A DNA stretch of 64,000 nt. Origin: an uncultured virus (IMG/VR IMGVR_UViG_3300028591_000107). Its lineage: Duplodnaviria; Heunggongvirae; Uroviricota; Caudoviricetes. The DNA lies in IMG/VR virus record IMGVR_UViG_3300028591_000107; one strand, given 5' to 3'. The translations under genes and the position numbers were made by a program. This document shows, one piece after another, positions 29,751-38,653 of this stretch. Within the stretch, counting starts at the first letter, position 1, and each line of letters starts with the position of its first letter. The notes under the pieces were generated by a model that was not told where the DNA came from, did no database searches, and saw only the letters and a list, made by a program, of their open reading frames with translations.

Positions 29751-31391
29751 TTATTTAATAATTTCATTCATAATTTTTTCTACCTCATTACGAAGATCTT
29801 TATTCTCAATATATTTGAAAATATAAATTCCATTTAGACTTTCATTATATTTCTTTTCAATAAGATTAATTTCGTTTTCAATATCCTTTTTATAAGGTAC
29901 ACCAAGTTCTTTATTAATATCAATAATAGGCTTTACCTTTTCAATAATATATTTGCGAATATTTGTTTTAATATTTTCCCAGTAGTTAATAGTATCTCCA
30001 GAAGATACATTATTAAACATATTTTCCCAACCAAGATCTACTTCTTCCGTTGTAGATGAATGTTTGATTCCAGCCTTTCCAATATGGAATTCATATTGGC
30101 CAATTCCATAATAACTAATAAGGAATTTTTCAATATCTGAATAAACAGTTTCATTTGTCTCTTCAGTTACAAACAATACATTTGCATATTTCTTTTTTCT
30201 ATCTTCAATTTTATATGTTCGTTCTCCTCCTAATCTAAGTGAACGACCAATAGTCTGAATAACATTTGAATAAGAATTAAAATTATCTGTATCATTCTTC
30301 TGAAGAATACAATCTGAAATTGAACTAACATCAATACCAGAAATCATTTGACGAATATGAAGAATAAAGCAATTTGATTTACAATTATCAATTGCATTAA
30401 TGAAAGATACTACATCATTAAAATTATGATTAGAATTTTCATATTCTACAGTATCTGCCCAATTCATTCCTTCTGCTGAACATGTAGAGAAAACTATATA
30501 ATCATTTTTCTTTAACTCATTTTTAAGAGATTTCAATGATTTTGTATCTTTACAAGTAATAAGAACTTTATGAATATTTCCATCCTTAGTTATCATATTC
30601 ATAAAGTTATTACAAATATCAAAATCAATTTCCCCAAAAGTTGTTTGTTTAATATGAACTTTTGGCGCACAAATTTTATTTTCATTAATTGCCTCTGCAG
30701 GAGTTTCCATGATAATATAAGAATCATCATTAACCCCATCATAACTATTAACAATTTTTACAAGTTCTTGTTTGTTTGTTGCCGATACAAGATATACTGA
30801 AGACTTTTCACAAAGAACATCCAAATTAATTGTTGTATCATCTTGCTCCGTAGCAATTTTTGAAGAAATTGTATGAGCTTCATCAATATATGTTACAATA
30901 TCAATATTTTCATTATCTAAATTCTTTAACCAAGGAATCATTTTTTCAGATAATGATGGATGACAGTTAATAACAATTGCGATATTGCATTTTGAACTAT
31001 TTATGAAATTTTTATTTATTGAACTAAAAGAATGTAATGAAGAAGATTTGTTATTCTTATATGAATCAACATCACCAGAATTATTAATAAAATATTTTAT
31101 TTTATTTGTATTAATTCCATAATATTCTTTAACACCTTCAATAACTTCCATTAAGTCATTACCTTGCTGTTCACAAAGCTTAATAATAGGAGTTGAAATA
31201 TTAATCATTAGTTTTTTATCACCATGATTAATGATTCTATAAATAATATCATTAATAAAAAGGGCTGACTTACCAGAACCAGTTGGCTTAGAAATTGCTC
31301 CATGGTTACGATGTGTTGATTGAATTTCATAAATAATATTTTGATTTTTATGATCTTCAACCAACCAATCCATTTTATTTTTATTTTCCAT
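29751..31391 (-). CDS. SF2 DEAH helicase/translocase (restriction-enzyme type)
   Basis: PTGSGKS, YIDEAH, SAT, ISGIDV, QTIGRSLR. Confidence 0.88.
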   Translation of the reverse strand: MENKNKMDWLVEDHKNQNIIYEIQSTHRNHGAISKPTGSGKSALFINDIIYRIINHGDKKLMINISTPIIKLCEQQGNDLMEVIEGVKEYYGINTNKIKYFINNSGDVDSYKNNKSSSLHSFSSINKNFINSSKCNIAIVINCHPSLSEKMIPWLKNLDNENIDIVTYIDEAHTISSKIATEQDDTTINLDVLCEKSSVYLVSATNKQELVKIVNSYDGVNDDSYIIMETPAEAINENKICAPKVHIKQTTFGEIDFDICNNFMNMITKDGNIHKVLITCKDTKSLKSLKNELKKNDYIVFSTCSAEGMNWADTVEYENSNHNFNDVVSFINAIDNCKSNCFILHIRQMISGIDVSSISDCILQKNDTDNFNSYSNVIQTIGRSLRLGGERTYKIEDRKKKYANVLFVTEETNETVYSDIEKFLISYYGIGQYEFHIGKAGIKHSSTTEEVDLGWENMFNNVSSGDTINYWENIKTNIRKYIIEKVKPIIDINKELGVPYKKDIENEINLIEKKYNESLNGIYIFKYIENKDLRNEVEKIMNEIIK

Positions 31392-31467
31392 ATTATAATT
31401 TAAATTGTTATAATAAATATAGAATAATATTTAAATTCAATAAAATAAAAAGCTCTTAAGAGCTCTT

Positions 31468-31746
31468 TTAGATTTTTTTACAAGCTAGCCATGCTGAATG
31501 GCCACTTGTCTTAAGGAAAAGATTCAATTTCAATCCTTCAATTTCAAAACTTACTCCAAATGGACGTTTTGTGCCTTTAATAAGTTTAACATCCTTCTTT
31601 GTTTCATTTTTGATGGACTGTATCATTGCTTCTGCATAATCATCGAATTTTTCATAACCATTTTCATCCTCCCAACGAAACTTGAGATTAATAAATGTGT
31701 TAAGTACTGTTGAAGAATTTACGAGATTGATAATAGTTGTTTTCAT
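31468..31746 (-). CDS. hypothetical protein
   Basis: RWEDE..YE.F.DY...TKRPFG; own promoter. Confidence 0.7.
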   Translation of the reverse strand: MKTTIINLVNSSTVLNTFINLKFRWEDENGYEKFDDYAEAMIQSIKNETKKDVKLIKGTKRPFGVSFEIEGLKLNLFLKTSGHSAWLACKKI

Positions 31747-31770
31747 ATTATATTATTTAATTACAATATT

Positions 31771-31799
31771 AATATAGAATAATATTTAAAAAAATTCAA
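31771..31799 (-). promoter_or_regulatory. class I promoter motif
   Basis: TTGAAT-N17-TATATT. Confidence 0.7.
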
Positions 31800-31800
31800 A

Positions 31801-31963
31801 TATAATTTAATTTTCTAAAGAAAATAAATGAATTTAGAATATAATTTAATTTTCTAAAGAAATTAAATGAATTTAGAATATAATTTAATTTTCTAAAGAA
31901 ATTAAATGAATTTAAAATATAATTTAATTTTCTAAAGAAATTAAATGAATTTAGAATATAATT
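31801..31963. repeat. 39-bp intergenic tandem repeat x4.2
   Basis: unit tataatttaattttctaaagaaattaaatgaatttagaa; two single-base variants; no spacers. Confidence 0.95.
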
Positions 31964-31967
31964 AAAA

Positions 31968-31993
31968 AAGAGATAGATTTAAATCTATCTCTT
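31968..31993 (-). terminator. terminator-like perfect 26-bp palindrome
   Basis: aagagatagattt|aaatctatctctt, A-run to the left (U-tract on minus strand). Confidence 0.7.
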
Positions 31994-31997
31994 ATAT

Positions 31998-34900
31998 TTA
32001 TTTGTTGTATTTAATATAATCTTTTAATGATATTCTATCAAAACATTCATCTAAAAATTCATCATATTTATTTGGGTTTTGTAAACTTTCATTTAAACTT
32101 TCATCCAAATGTTTTAATACGGAATTAACTTTTTTACCTCTTTCTTTATTTCCACCAAATAAACCTTTTACAAAGTTTTTTAACTTAGTAAATAATCCAC
32201 CAGATTTTTTTGTGTTTTCTGATTTATGTTGTGCCAATGAATAATCTGAAAATATTTGAGGTAATGTTTTTCCATTTTCATCTTTATAATCTTTCTTTAT
32301 CTTACCATCCTTATCGATTGCATCAGGATATGCATTTTTAACTAATTTAATAGTTTCTTCATCAGGATTTTCTAATTTCTTTGTATACTCTTCTTCTTTT
32401 TTAGCAAGATACTCTTTATCTTCTTCAGTTTCAGCTATTTTTATATTATTTGTTTTTTCTGTAATACATTTAACTGCATATTCTTTATCATTTAAAATTT
32501 TTGCAATATCATCATTAGTTAAATTACCAAAATCAGCACGTTCTTCATCACCTTTATTCCATTTATTTAATTCATATTTTTTATCATCACAAGGTTTATT
32601 TGCAACAATATTATATAAATTTTGTGTTTGTCCGGCTAAAATTTCACCTAACATTTTTTGAATATTAGTTTTTGAAGTACCGCCTTCAATTTCATAAAAT
32701 GTTAATGAATGGAATGCACCTTTTAATGAATATGGATCTTTACGTGGACCTTGTTTATTTGCATCGGCTATATCCATTCCATATACATTTGCAAACATTA
32801 ATATAGGTATCTCTTTATCTGAATCTTTATCATCTGATTCATCTTCTTTTTTATCCTTTTTTTCTTCAGATTCATCAGGTATTGGTGCATCTGATTTTTC
32901 TAATTCATCTTTTGCATCTTTCTTTGAAGTTTCAACACCAGCACTTTTTTCTGCATCTTCAACTTTTTCTAAAGAATTATCATCAACTTTACTTTCATCA
33001 AATTTTAATGGTGCCCATTCTTCTCCTCTTTTCCATTCTCTATCTTTAACTTCTTTAGCAATGCTTTCAACTTTTAATAAGTTTTCTATCATTTTTGTAT
33101 ATGCAGCAATAATTATATCTTCATTTTCTTTATTCATAAATTGATTTCTTAATGCAATAACATCAATAAATGCATATACATATGCTTCATATGTTTTATC
33201 ATTATCTGGACCTTTCCATATAGTATAACATACAGCTAATTCTTCAATATCAGTTGGTCCAAATTTATCATTAGATTTATCATCATCATCTGTTCTCTTT
33301 TTAACAATTTCATAAGGTGTTGGTTTATAATCTTTATCATATACAAAATGACTAGCTTTACCTGTATCTTTAGTACTAAAAATTGATTGTAATAACATTC
33401 TTGTATTACCAAGATATGTATTCTTTCCTTTAGTTTCTGTGTTATTATCTTTACCTATTTGATCTAAATATTTTCTTAAATCTATAAAATTAGCTTTAAT
33501 ATCATCTATAGAATATTTAGATTTTTTATTTTCTTCTGCTTCATTAATTATATAATCATATAAAGATTTTATTGAAGATTCATTTTGGGATTCTTCTTTA
33601 ACTCGTTTACCATAGAAAATAATTGCATCTTGTTTATCGATGTTTTCTTTATATTTATCATTAAATTCTTTTAATTTATCTTCTATTTCTTTCTTTTTAT
33701 CGTCATCTAAATCTTCATTATTTTTTAATTCTTCTAAAAATTTAATATTTACATCTTTAACATATTCTTTAATTTTATCATATTGTTCTTTAAAATTTGT
33801 TACTTTATCTTTACGTACACCATTTTCACCAACCTTATATATATAATTATTCTTATCTTTTTCTCCACCTAAACGAACTCTAAATCCACCATTATTTTGA
33901 GGTTCAACTTCTACTGATGGAATTGTAACTAACATACTTGTAGCAGCATTAACTATATCTTCAACCGGAATATTTTGTGTAGCTTCAGCTGTTGCACCAA
34001 TTGCATATATAAAACCATCTTTGGCATATTTCCCTGCATTTTTTAATAATTCCATGGCAACATCTTTAGGTACTTTAATAGAATATACAGACCCTGCTAA
34101 TGCTTTAATACCTTTTAATACTTGATTAACAGCATTATTTGGATCTACTGTAGAACCTGCTGCTTTTACAGCCTTTGTTAATGCTTTACCATATACACTA
34201 TCTGGAGTACCATTAACACATAAATCTATCATTGAATCACTAGGCATTTTTGCAATATCATCTGGATTGATAGATTCTTTACCAATATCCTTTAATGCCG
34301 CAACTGATGAAGTTTTATCATTATCGATAAATTTTTTCATAACATCTTCGGCTTTTTGACCAACATGTCCTGTGTATTTAACAACTTTATCAGCTTGAGG
34401 AATGTGTTCTGCAAATGAATCTGTTATTGATTTAAATGATGCCTGGAAATCTTCCCAACTAAATTTTCCTTCTTTAATCATTTTAACAAGAGAACCAAAT
34501 GCTCTAGTTAATATATCTGGTTGTATACCTAAATTAGCATTAGCCATTAAATCACCACCACTTTTAACAAATGCATCCCAAATTTTTCCAAATGAATTTG
34601 CAATTGAACCAAAGTTAAATGCTAATGCAATAATTGAGGCAATCATTCCAATTGCTGTTATCCATTTTTGACGTTTGGTATAAGTACCCCATTCTTGTTT
34701 TACTTTCTTCCATTGTTTTACCATTTTATAAATTTTATATCCATTCCATAATAATTTACAAACAATAGGAACAATTAAAGCAAGAAATGTTCCAGGGAAT
34801 AAACCACAAACAAAACCAGGTATAACTACACAAACACCGGCCCAAACCATTAATTGTTTAAAGCCTTCCCAAAGCATTTGTTTAGTACTCTTTTTATCTG

Positions 34901-35678
34901 CCTGTTTAACTACTTCTCCTTTATCATTAGTCTTATCTTCTTGATCTTCCTCTTCATTAATTTGATTTTTAATAGAATTGGCAAATGATTCATATACATC
35001 ATTTTTCTTTAAATAATCTGGATTATCAGCTAAACTTGCACCTATAGCTTCAACGTCTTGAGATTCTTTATCGGTGTCAAATCCCATCTTTTTAAATAAT
35101 CCTTCAAGCGTACAATCAAATTTTGATAACAAACTTACTAATTTAATTGCCATTTCTTTAACAGTTTTAACGGCCTTTGTTGCATATTCTTTAATAAGTT
35201 CATTAACTTCCTTTATTTTTGTCTTTAATGTCTCAATTGCTTGATTAACTTTATCTTTACCTAATTCCCATGTTTGTTTAATATTATCAACTAAATTTTT
35301 TGATGCATTTTTAACTTTATCAGTAAACTTACCCTCAGTTATTAATTGACCATCAACTATAAGACTTTCATAAATATTTAATTCTTCTAATAATTTATCT
35401 CTATAATCTTCACATATATAAATCATTAAATCTCTAAATGTTTGAGATTCATTTAAAGTTAATTCATATTGTTTACTATTTTCATTAAATTGATTAGCTT
35501 TATATAAATTATCATAAGTATAATTTTTAAATCTATATAAAAGATTATCAATATCTTTACCATGTTCAGTAATTAATTTAGATTCATTAATTATTCTAGT
35601 ATTATTATCTAATGATTCTTGAACAAATTGCAAGTATTCATTATTATTTTGAGAAATATAATTATTTAAAGATTTCAT
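31998..35678 (-). CDS. 1226-aa putative virion-internal/ejection protein with leader, transmembrane segments and many (I/L)xE sites
   Basis: MKSLNNYISQ...; IINE|S, LITE|H, LITE|G, QINE|E; internal KSLYDYIINE|A; hydrophobic LMVWAGVCVVIPGFVCGLFPGTFLALIVPIVCKLLW and WITAIGMIASIIALAF. Confidence 0.6.
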   Translation of the reverse strand: MKSLNNYISQNNNEYLQFVQESLDNNTRIINESKLITEHGKDIDNLLYRFKNYTYDNLYKANQFNENSKQYELTLNESQTFRDLMIYICEDYRDKLLEELNIYESLIVDGQLITEGKFTDKVKNASKNLVDNIKQTWELGKDKVNQAIETLKTKIKEVNELIKEYATKAVKTVKEMAIKLVSLLSKFDCTLEGLFKKMGFDTDKESQDVEAIGASLADNPDYLKKNDVYESFANSIKNQINEEEDQEDKTNDKGEVVKQADKKSTKQMLWEGFKQLMVWAGVCVVIPGFVCGLFPGTFLALIVPIVCKLLWNGYKIYKMVKQWKKVKQEWGTYTKRQKWITAIGMIASIIALAFNFGSIANSFGKIWDAFVKSGGDLMANANLGIQPDILTRAFGSLVKMIKEGKFSWEDFQASFKSITDSFAEHIPQADKVVKYTGHVGQKAEDVMKKFIDNDKTSSVAALKDIGKESINPDDIAKMPSDSMIDLCVNGTPDSVYGKALTKAVKAAGSTVDPNNAVNQVLKGIKALAGSVYSIKVPKDVAMELLKNAGKYAKDGFIYAIGATAEATQNIPVEDIVNAATSMLVTIPSVEVEPQNNGGFRVRLGGEKDKNNYIYKVGENGVRKDKVTNFKEQYDKIKEYVKDVNIKFLEELKNNEDLDDDKKKEIEDKLKEFNDKYKENIDKQDAIIFYGKRVKEESQNESSIKSLYDYIINEAEENKKSKYSIDDIKANFIDLRKYLDQIGKDNNTETKGKNTYLGNTRMLLQSIFSTKDTGKASHFVYDKDYKPTPYEIVKKRTDDDDKSNDKFGPTDIEELAVCYTIWKGPDNDKTYEAYVYAFIDVIALRNQFMNKENEDIIIAAYTKMIENLLKVESIAKEVKDREWKRGEEWAPLKFDESKVDDNSLEKVEDAEKSAGVETSKKDAKDELEKSDAPIPDESEEKKDKKEDESDDKDSDKEIPILMFANVYGMDIADANKQGPRKDPYSLKGAFHSLTFYEIEGGTSKTNIQKMLGEILAGQTQNLYNIVANKPCDDKKYELNKWNKGDEERADFGNLTNDDIAKILNDKEYAVKCITEKTNNIKIAETEEDKEYLAKKEEEYTKKLENPDEETIKLVKNAYPDAIDKDGKIKKDYKDENGKTLPQIFSDYSLAQHKSENTKKSGGLFTKLKNFVKGLFGGNKERGKKVNSVLKHLDESLNESLQNPNKYDEFLDECFDRISLKDYIKYNK

Positions 35679-35693
35679 AATTTTTTAGTGTTA

Positions 35694-35711
35694 ATTTATA
35701 TATAAAAATAA
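35694..35711 (-). promoter_or_regulatory. putative class II (late?) promoter motif
   Basis: minus strand ttatttttatatataaat before a leader-tagged gene. Confidence 0.35.
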
Positions 35712-35713
35712 AA

Positions 35714-35741
35714 AAGAGATAGAATAATTATTCTATCTCTT
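35714..35741 (-). terminator. terminator-like perfect 28-bp palindrome
   Basis: aagagatagaataa|ttattctatctctt. Confidence 0.7.
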
Positions 35742-35752
35742 ATAATTTTATT

Positions 35753-37645
35753 TTAATTATTTAACATTTGTTTTCTTGTTTCAGAATCACCCTTTGCAAA
35801 CCATTTTCTAAACATACTATCGGCAGCTTCATCTTTTTTAAAGTATAAGAATTTAGGATCTTGATACATTTCTTTTGATTCTTGATTATTCAAACCACCA
35901 AGACCTTTTGCATATTTATGCGAATATCCTTTAAGTTTCTTTTCAGATTCTTTGAACTCATCCATTGAATAGAACTTTCGACAATCCTTTCCTTTTCTTG
36001 AAATAATGATAGGAGACATACTTCTACATACAATTCCCTTTTCAATCAATTCAGGCCAATTATTAAAGAATAACAAAAGTAATGCTGCAATCTTATCTCC
36101 ATCTACATCGGCATCAGTAGATATAACGATTTTACCAAAGTTCAAATCATTTATATTAAATTCTTTACCCCATTTAAGACCAAGAATAGTCACAATATCA
36201 TTAAATACCTCATTCTTCATAATTTGAATTGGAGTAAGCCCATAGCAATTTGGTGGTACGCCTCTCATGGTATATCCAGCTTGAATATCTGGATTACGTC
36301 CTCCTCTAAAACCTGAGCGTGCTGAGTCGCCTTCGAATATCCAAAGTTGCTTATTGTTTTTTATTCTTGAAGAACATGTAATATACTTATCAGGGCGTTG
36401 AAGTCCTTTACTTGTTTCTCTATTTATTTTTCTTAAGGCTTTTTCATCTTCTGCTGCCGATTTTTGTTTATACCAATCACGAACTAATTCAATAATTTCT
36501 GACTTAATAATCTTATTTAAAAATTTATCATTAACACTCCATTTTAGTTTCTCATCTTTAGAAAACTTATCAATTGGAGTTGTTAAAGTATCTTTTGTTT
36601 GTGAGTCATATGCAGGATTTGATACATTAATATTTATGAACACACTATATTTATTATCTACTCCTCTTGTTGTCAAATCCTTAATCTTATCTTTTTTGGA
36701 TATATAATCTACAATAGCTTGGTTAATTTCATTACGTAATGCACGCATGTGTGTTCCTTTTGAACATTCTGCACCATTGACAAAACCTACATCTACAGAA
36801 CTATCTGGAAATATCCAAGCGGTACATAAATCATTTTCAAATGGTATCTTATCTGAAATATTCAAAAGATTAGAATAAAGATCAATATACTCATCTAATT
36901 TCTTAAATTTCCATTCAATATCTTCTTTACCACAATTAAATATAACTTTTAATCCAGGATTAGCTGCTGCTGCATCAATACATCTTTTATGAATTATATT
37001 AATGAAATCATCATCAAAAGTTTTTAAATCAGTATCAAATCTGGAAAAATCTAAAGTAAATCTTGTTTGTGTATAATGAGTTTTCTTACCACATTTATTT
37101 ACATTACGAGAAACAATTTCTCTCATATTATTTTTCCATTGAACAACAATTTCATTTTTTGTATCAGCAGATTTAACTTCGAAATTTGTAGAAAAAATAT
37201 TTGCAATTTTTACCCCAATTCCATTTGTTCCAATTACATTCCTGTCTTCGGTATCATCATAATTTGATGAAGTTCTTAATTGACCAAATATAAATTCTGG
37301 TATATATACTCCTGCATCTTTATGTTTAACAATAGGAATACCACCATTATCTTTAACAATAATTTCTCCATTGTCTTTATTAATCTTAACACAAAGTTCT
37401 GTAAGACCCATATTATCTTTTCTTCTAAATTCATCTGCCGAATTACTAATAACTTCATCTACAACCTTTAACATTGCCGGAATATAATTAACAATTTTCA
37501 TTTCAAATTTTCCAGTTTTGTTATTATATATAAACCAATCTTTTTCTTCATATTTAGTTGAACCAACATACATTCCACTTCTCATTAATATATGAGAAAT
37601 TTCATCCATCGATTTATATTTTTCTTCAATTGTCTTTTTTATCAT
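35753..37645 (-). CDS. type IIA topoisomerase ATPase/TOPRIM subunit (T4 gp39+60/GyrB-like)
   Basis: HILMRSGMYVGS, EVISNSADE, DNGGIP, TSSNY, GTNGIG, EGDSA, MRG, TDADVDG, KGLG. Confidence 0.95.
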   Translation of the reverse strand: MIKKTIEEKYKSMDEISHILMRSGMYVGSTKYEEKDWFIYNNKTGKFEMKIVNYIPAMLKVVDEVISNSADEFRRKDNMGLTELCVKINKDNGEIIVKDNGGIPIVKHKDAGVYIPEFIFGQLRTSSNYDDTEDRNVIGTNGIGVKIANIFSTNFEVKSADTKNEIVVQWKNNMREIVSRNVNKCGKKTHYTQTRFTLDFSRFDTDLKTFDDDFINIIHKRCIDAAAANPGLKVIFNCGKEDIEWKFKKLDEYIDLYSNLLNISDKIPFENDLCTAWIFPDSSVDVGFVNGAECSKGTHMRALRNEINQAIVDYISKKDKIKDLTTRGVDNKYSVFININVSNPAYDSQTKDTLTTPIDKFSKDEKLKWSVNDKFLNKIIKSEIIELVRDWYKQKSAAEDEKALRKINRETSKGLQRPDKYITCSSRIKNNKQLWIFEGDSARSGFRGGRNPDIQAGYTMRGVPPNCYGLTPIQIMKNEVFNDIVTILGLKWGKEFNINDLNFGKIVISTDADVDGDKIAALLLLFFNNWPELIEKGIVCRSMSPIIISRKGKDCRKFYSMDEFKESEKKLKGYSHKYAKGLGGLNNQESKEMYQDPKFLYFKKDEAADSMFRKWFAKGDSETRKQMLNN

Positions 37646-37677
37646 ATTGTTTAACCAAATTTTTGCTTATTATATAT

Positions 37678-37706
37678 AATATAGAAAATAAATAAAAATG
37701 ATTCAA
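37678..37706 (-). promoter_or_regulatory. class I promoter motif
   Basis: TTGAAT-N17-TATATT. Confidence 0.7.
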
Positions 37707-37711
37707 CCTAA

Positions 37712-37912
37712 CTAAGATTGAATCATCAATATAATAGTCATTATAATTCCTCCTGTCATTATAAACAATGTTAAAAAAATTAAATAAAATTGTAATATTG
37801 TGAATGGATTATATTTATTAAATTGATTAAATTTTCTAATTGTATATCTTTTGAAATATTTTTTGTTATACCATTTTAGATATATATCATAAATATAATT
37901 AACTATTTTCAT
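37712..37912 (-). CDS. small membrane protein
   Basis: C-terminal hydrophobic helix. Confidence 0.55.
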   Translation of the reverse strand: MKIVNYIYDIYLKWYNKKYFKRYTIRKFNQFNKYNPFTILQFYLIFLTLFIMTGGIIMTIILMIQS

Positions 37913-38525
37913 ATAACTTACTTAAATCTATTACACAACATCTTGCCCATGTTTTACTATCTTCTTCATCATTGTCATCATTAATAATATCAAAATATTC
38001 ACATGGGTAATTTTTATTTACAACTTCATAATACCAAATATAATCATCATTATACTCCCATTTTACTTCAATATCACATTCTTTTGCATCACTTTCAACA
38101 ACCATATTACATGTGGCTTTATGATATGTATTGTCTTCATTAAAATCTTGATAAAAATCTCCTTTTTTAACAAACTTGAAATACTCACAATCATATGCAC
38201 CAAGTTCATCATCCAACCAACCTCTTACTTCAAAATTATCATCAGAATAAGGGAAACAAACTATCCATTTATTTTGTTTACAAATCTCTTCAATATCAAT
38301 ATTATATGGATTATCTAATTCATTTCCACACATATTATCATTAAGAAGTTTTGCTAAATCTTCAATAGTATTAATCTCACGTGGTTTAATTTCTTTATAT
38401 ACATCTTCAAGTATAGTCTTTTGTATTTCATCTGACCATTCATCCCAACAGTTTTTTATACTATCATAAAAAACTTCTGCTCCATATTTTTCAATATTTT
38501 CTTTGATTAAGTTAGTAATTTTCAT
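37899..38525 (-). CDS. hypothetical protein
   Basis: 208-aa acidic ORF. Confidence 0.7.
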   Translation of the reverse strand: MKITNLIKENIEKYGAEVFYDSIKNCWDEWSDEIQKTILEDVYKEIKPREINTIEDLAKLLNDNMCGNELDNPYNIDIEEICKQNKWIVCFPYSDDNFEVRGWLDDELGAYDCEYFKFVKKGDFYQDFNEDNTYHKATCNMVVESDAKECDIEVKWEYNDDYIWYYEVVNKNYPCEYFDIINDDNDEEDSKTWARCCVIDLSKLYENS

Positions 38526-38551
38526 AATAATTATAATAAATATTTAAATAA

Positions 38552-38581
38552 AATATAGAATAAATATATATTTGAGTTCAA
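38552..38581 (-). promoter_or_regulatory. class I promoter motif
   Basis: TTGAAC-N18-TATATT. Confidence 0.55.
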
Positions 38582-38653
38582 TTCATTTATTATTTATATT
38601 TTATATATTTTAGGTTTAAATGTATCATCATTATTAATATAAGCTTCAATATA

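Noticed and set aside
31801..31963. CRISPR array
   Set aside because: Units are head-to-tail identical with no variable spacers; no cas genes seen
37899..38525. MKITNLIKE as a capsid-targeting leader
   Set aside because: Register differs from the consensus and the gene follows a class I promoter; ambiguous, not counted
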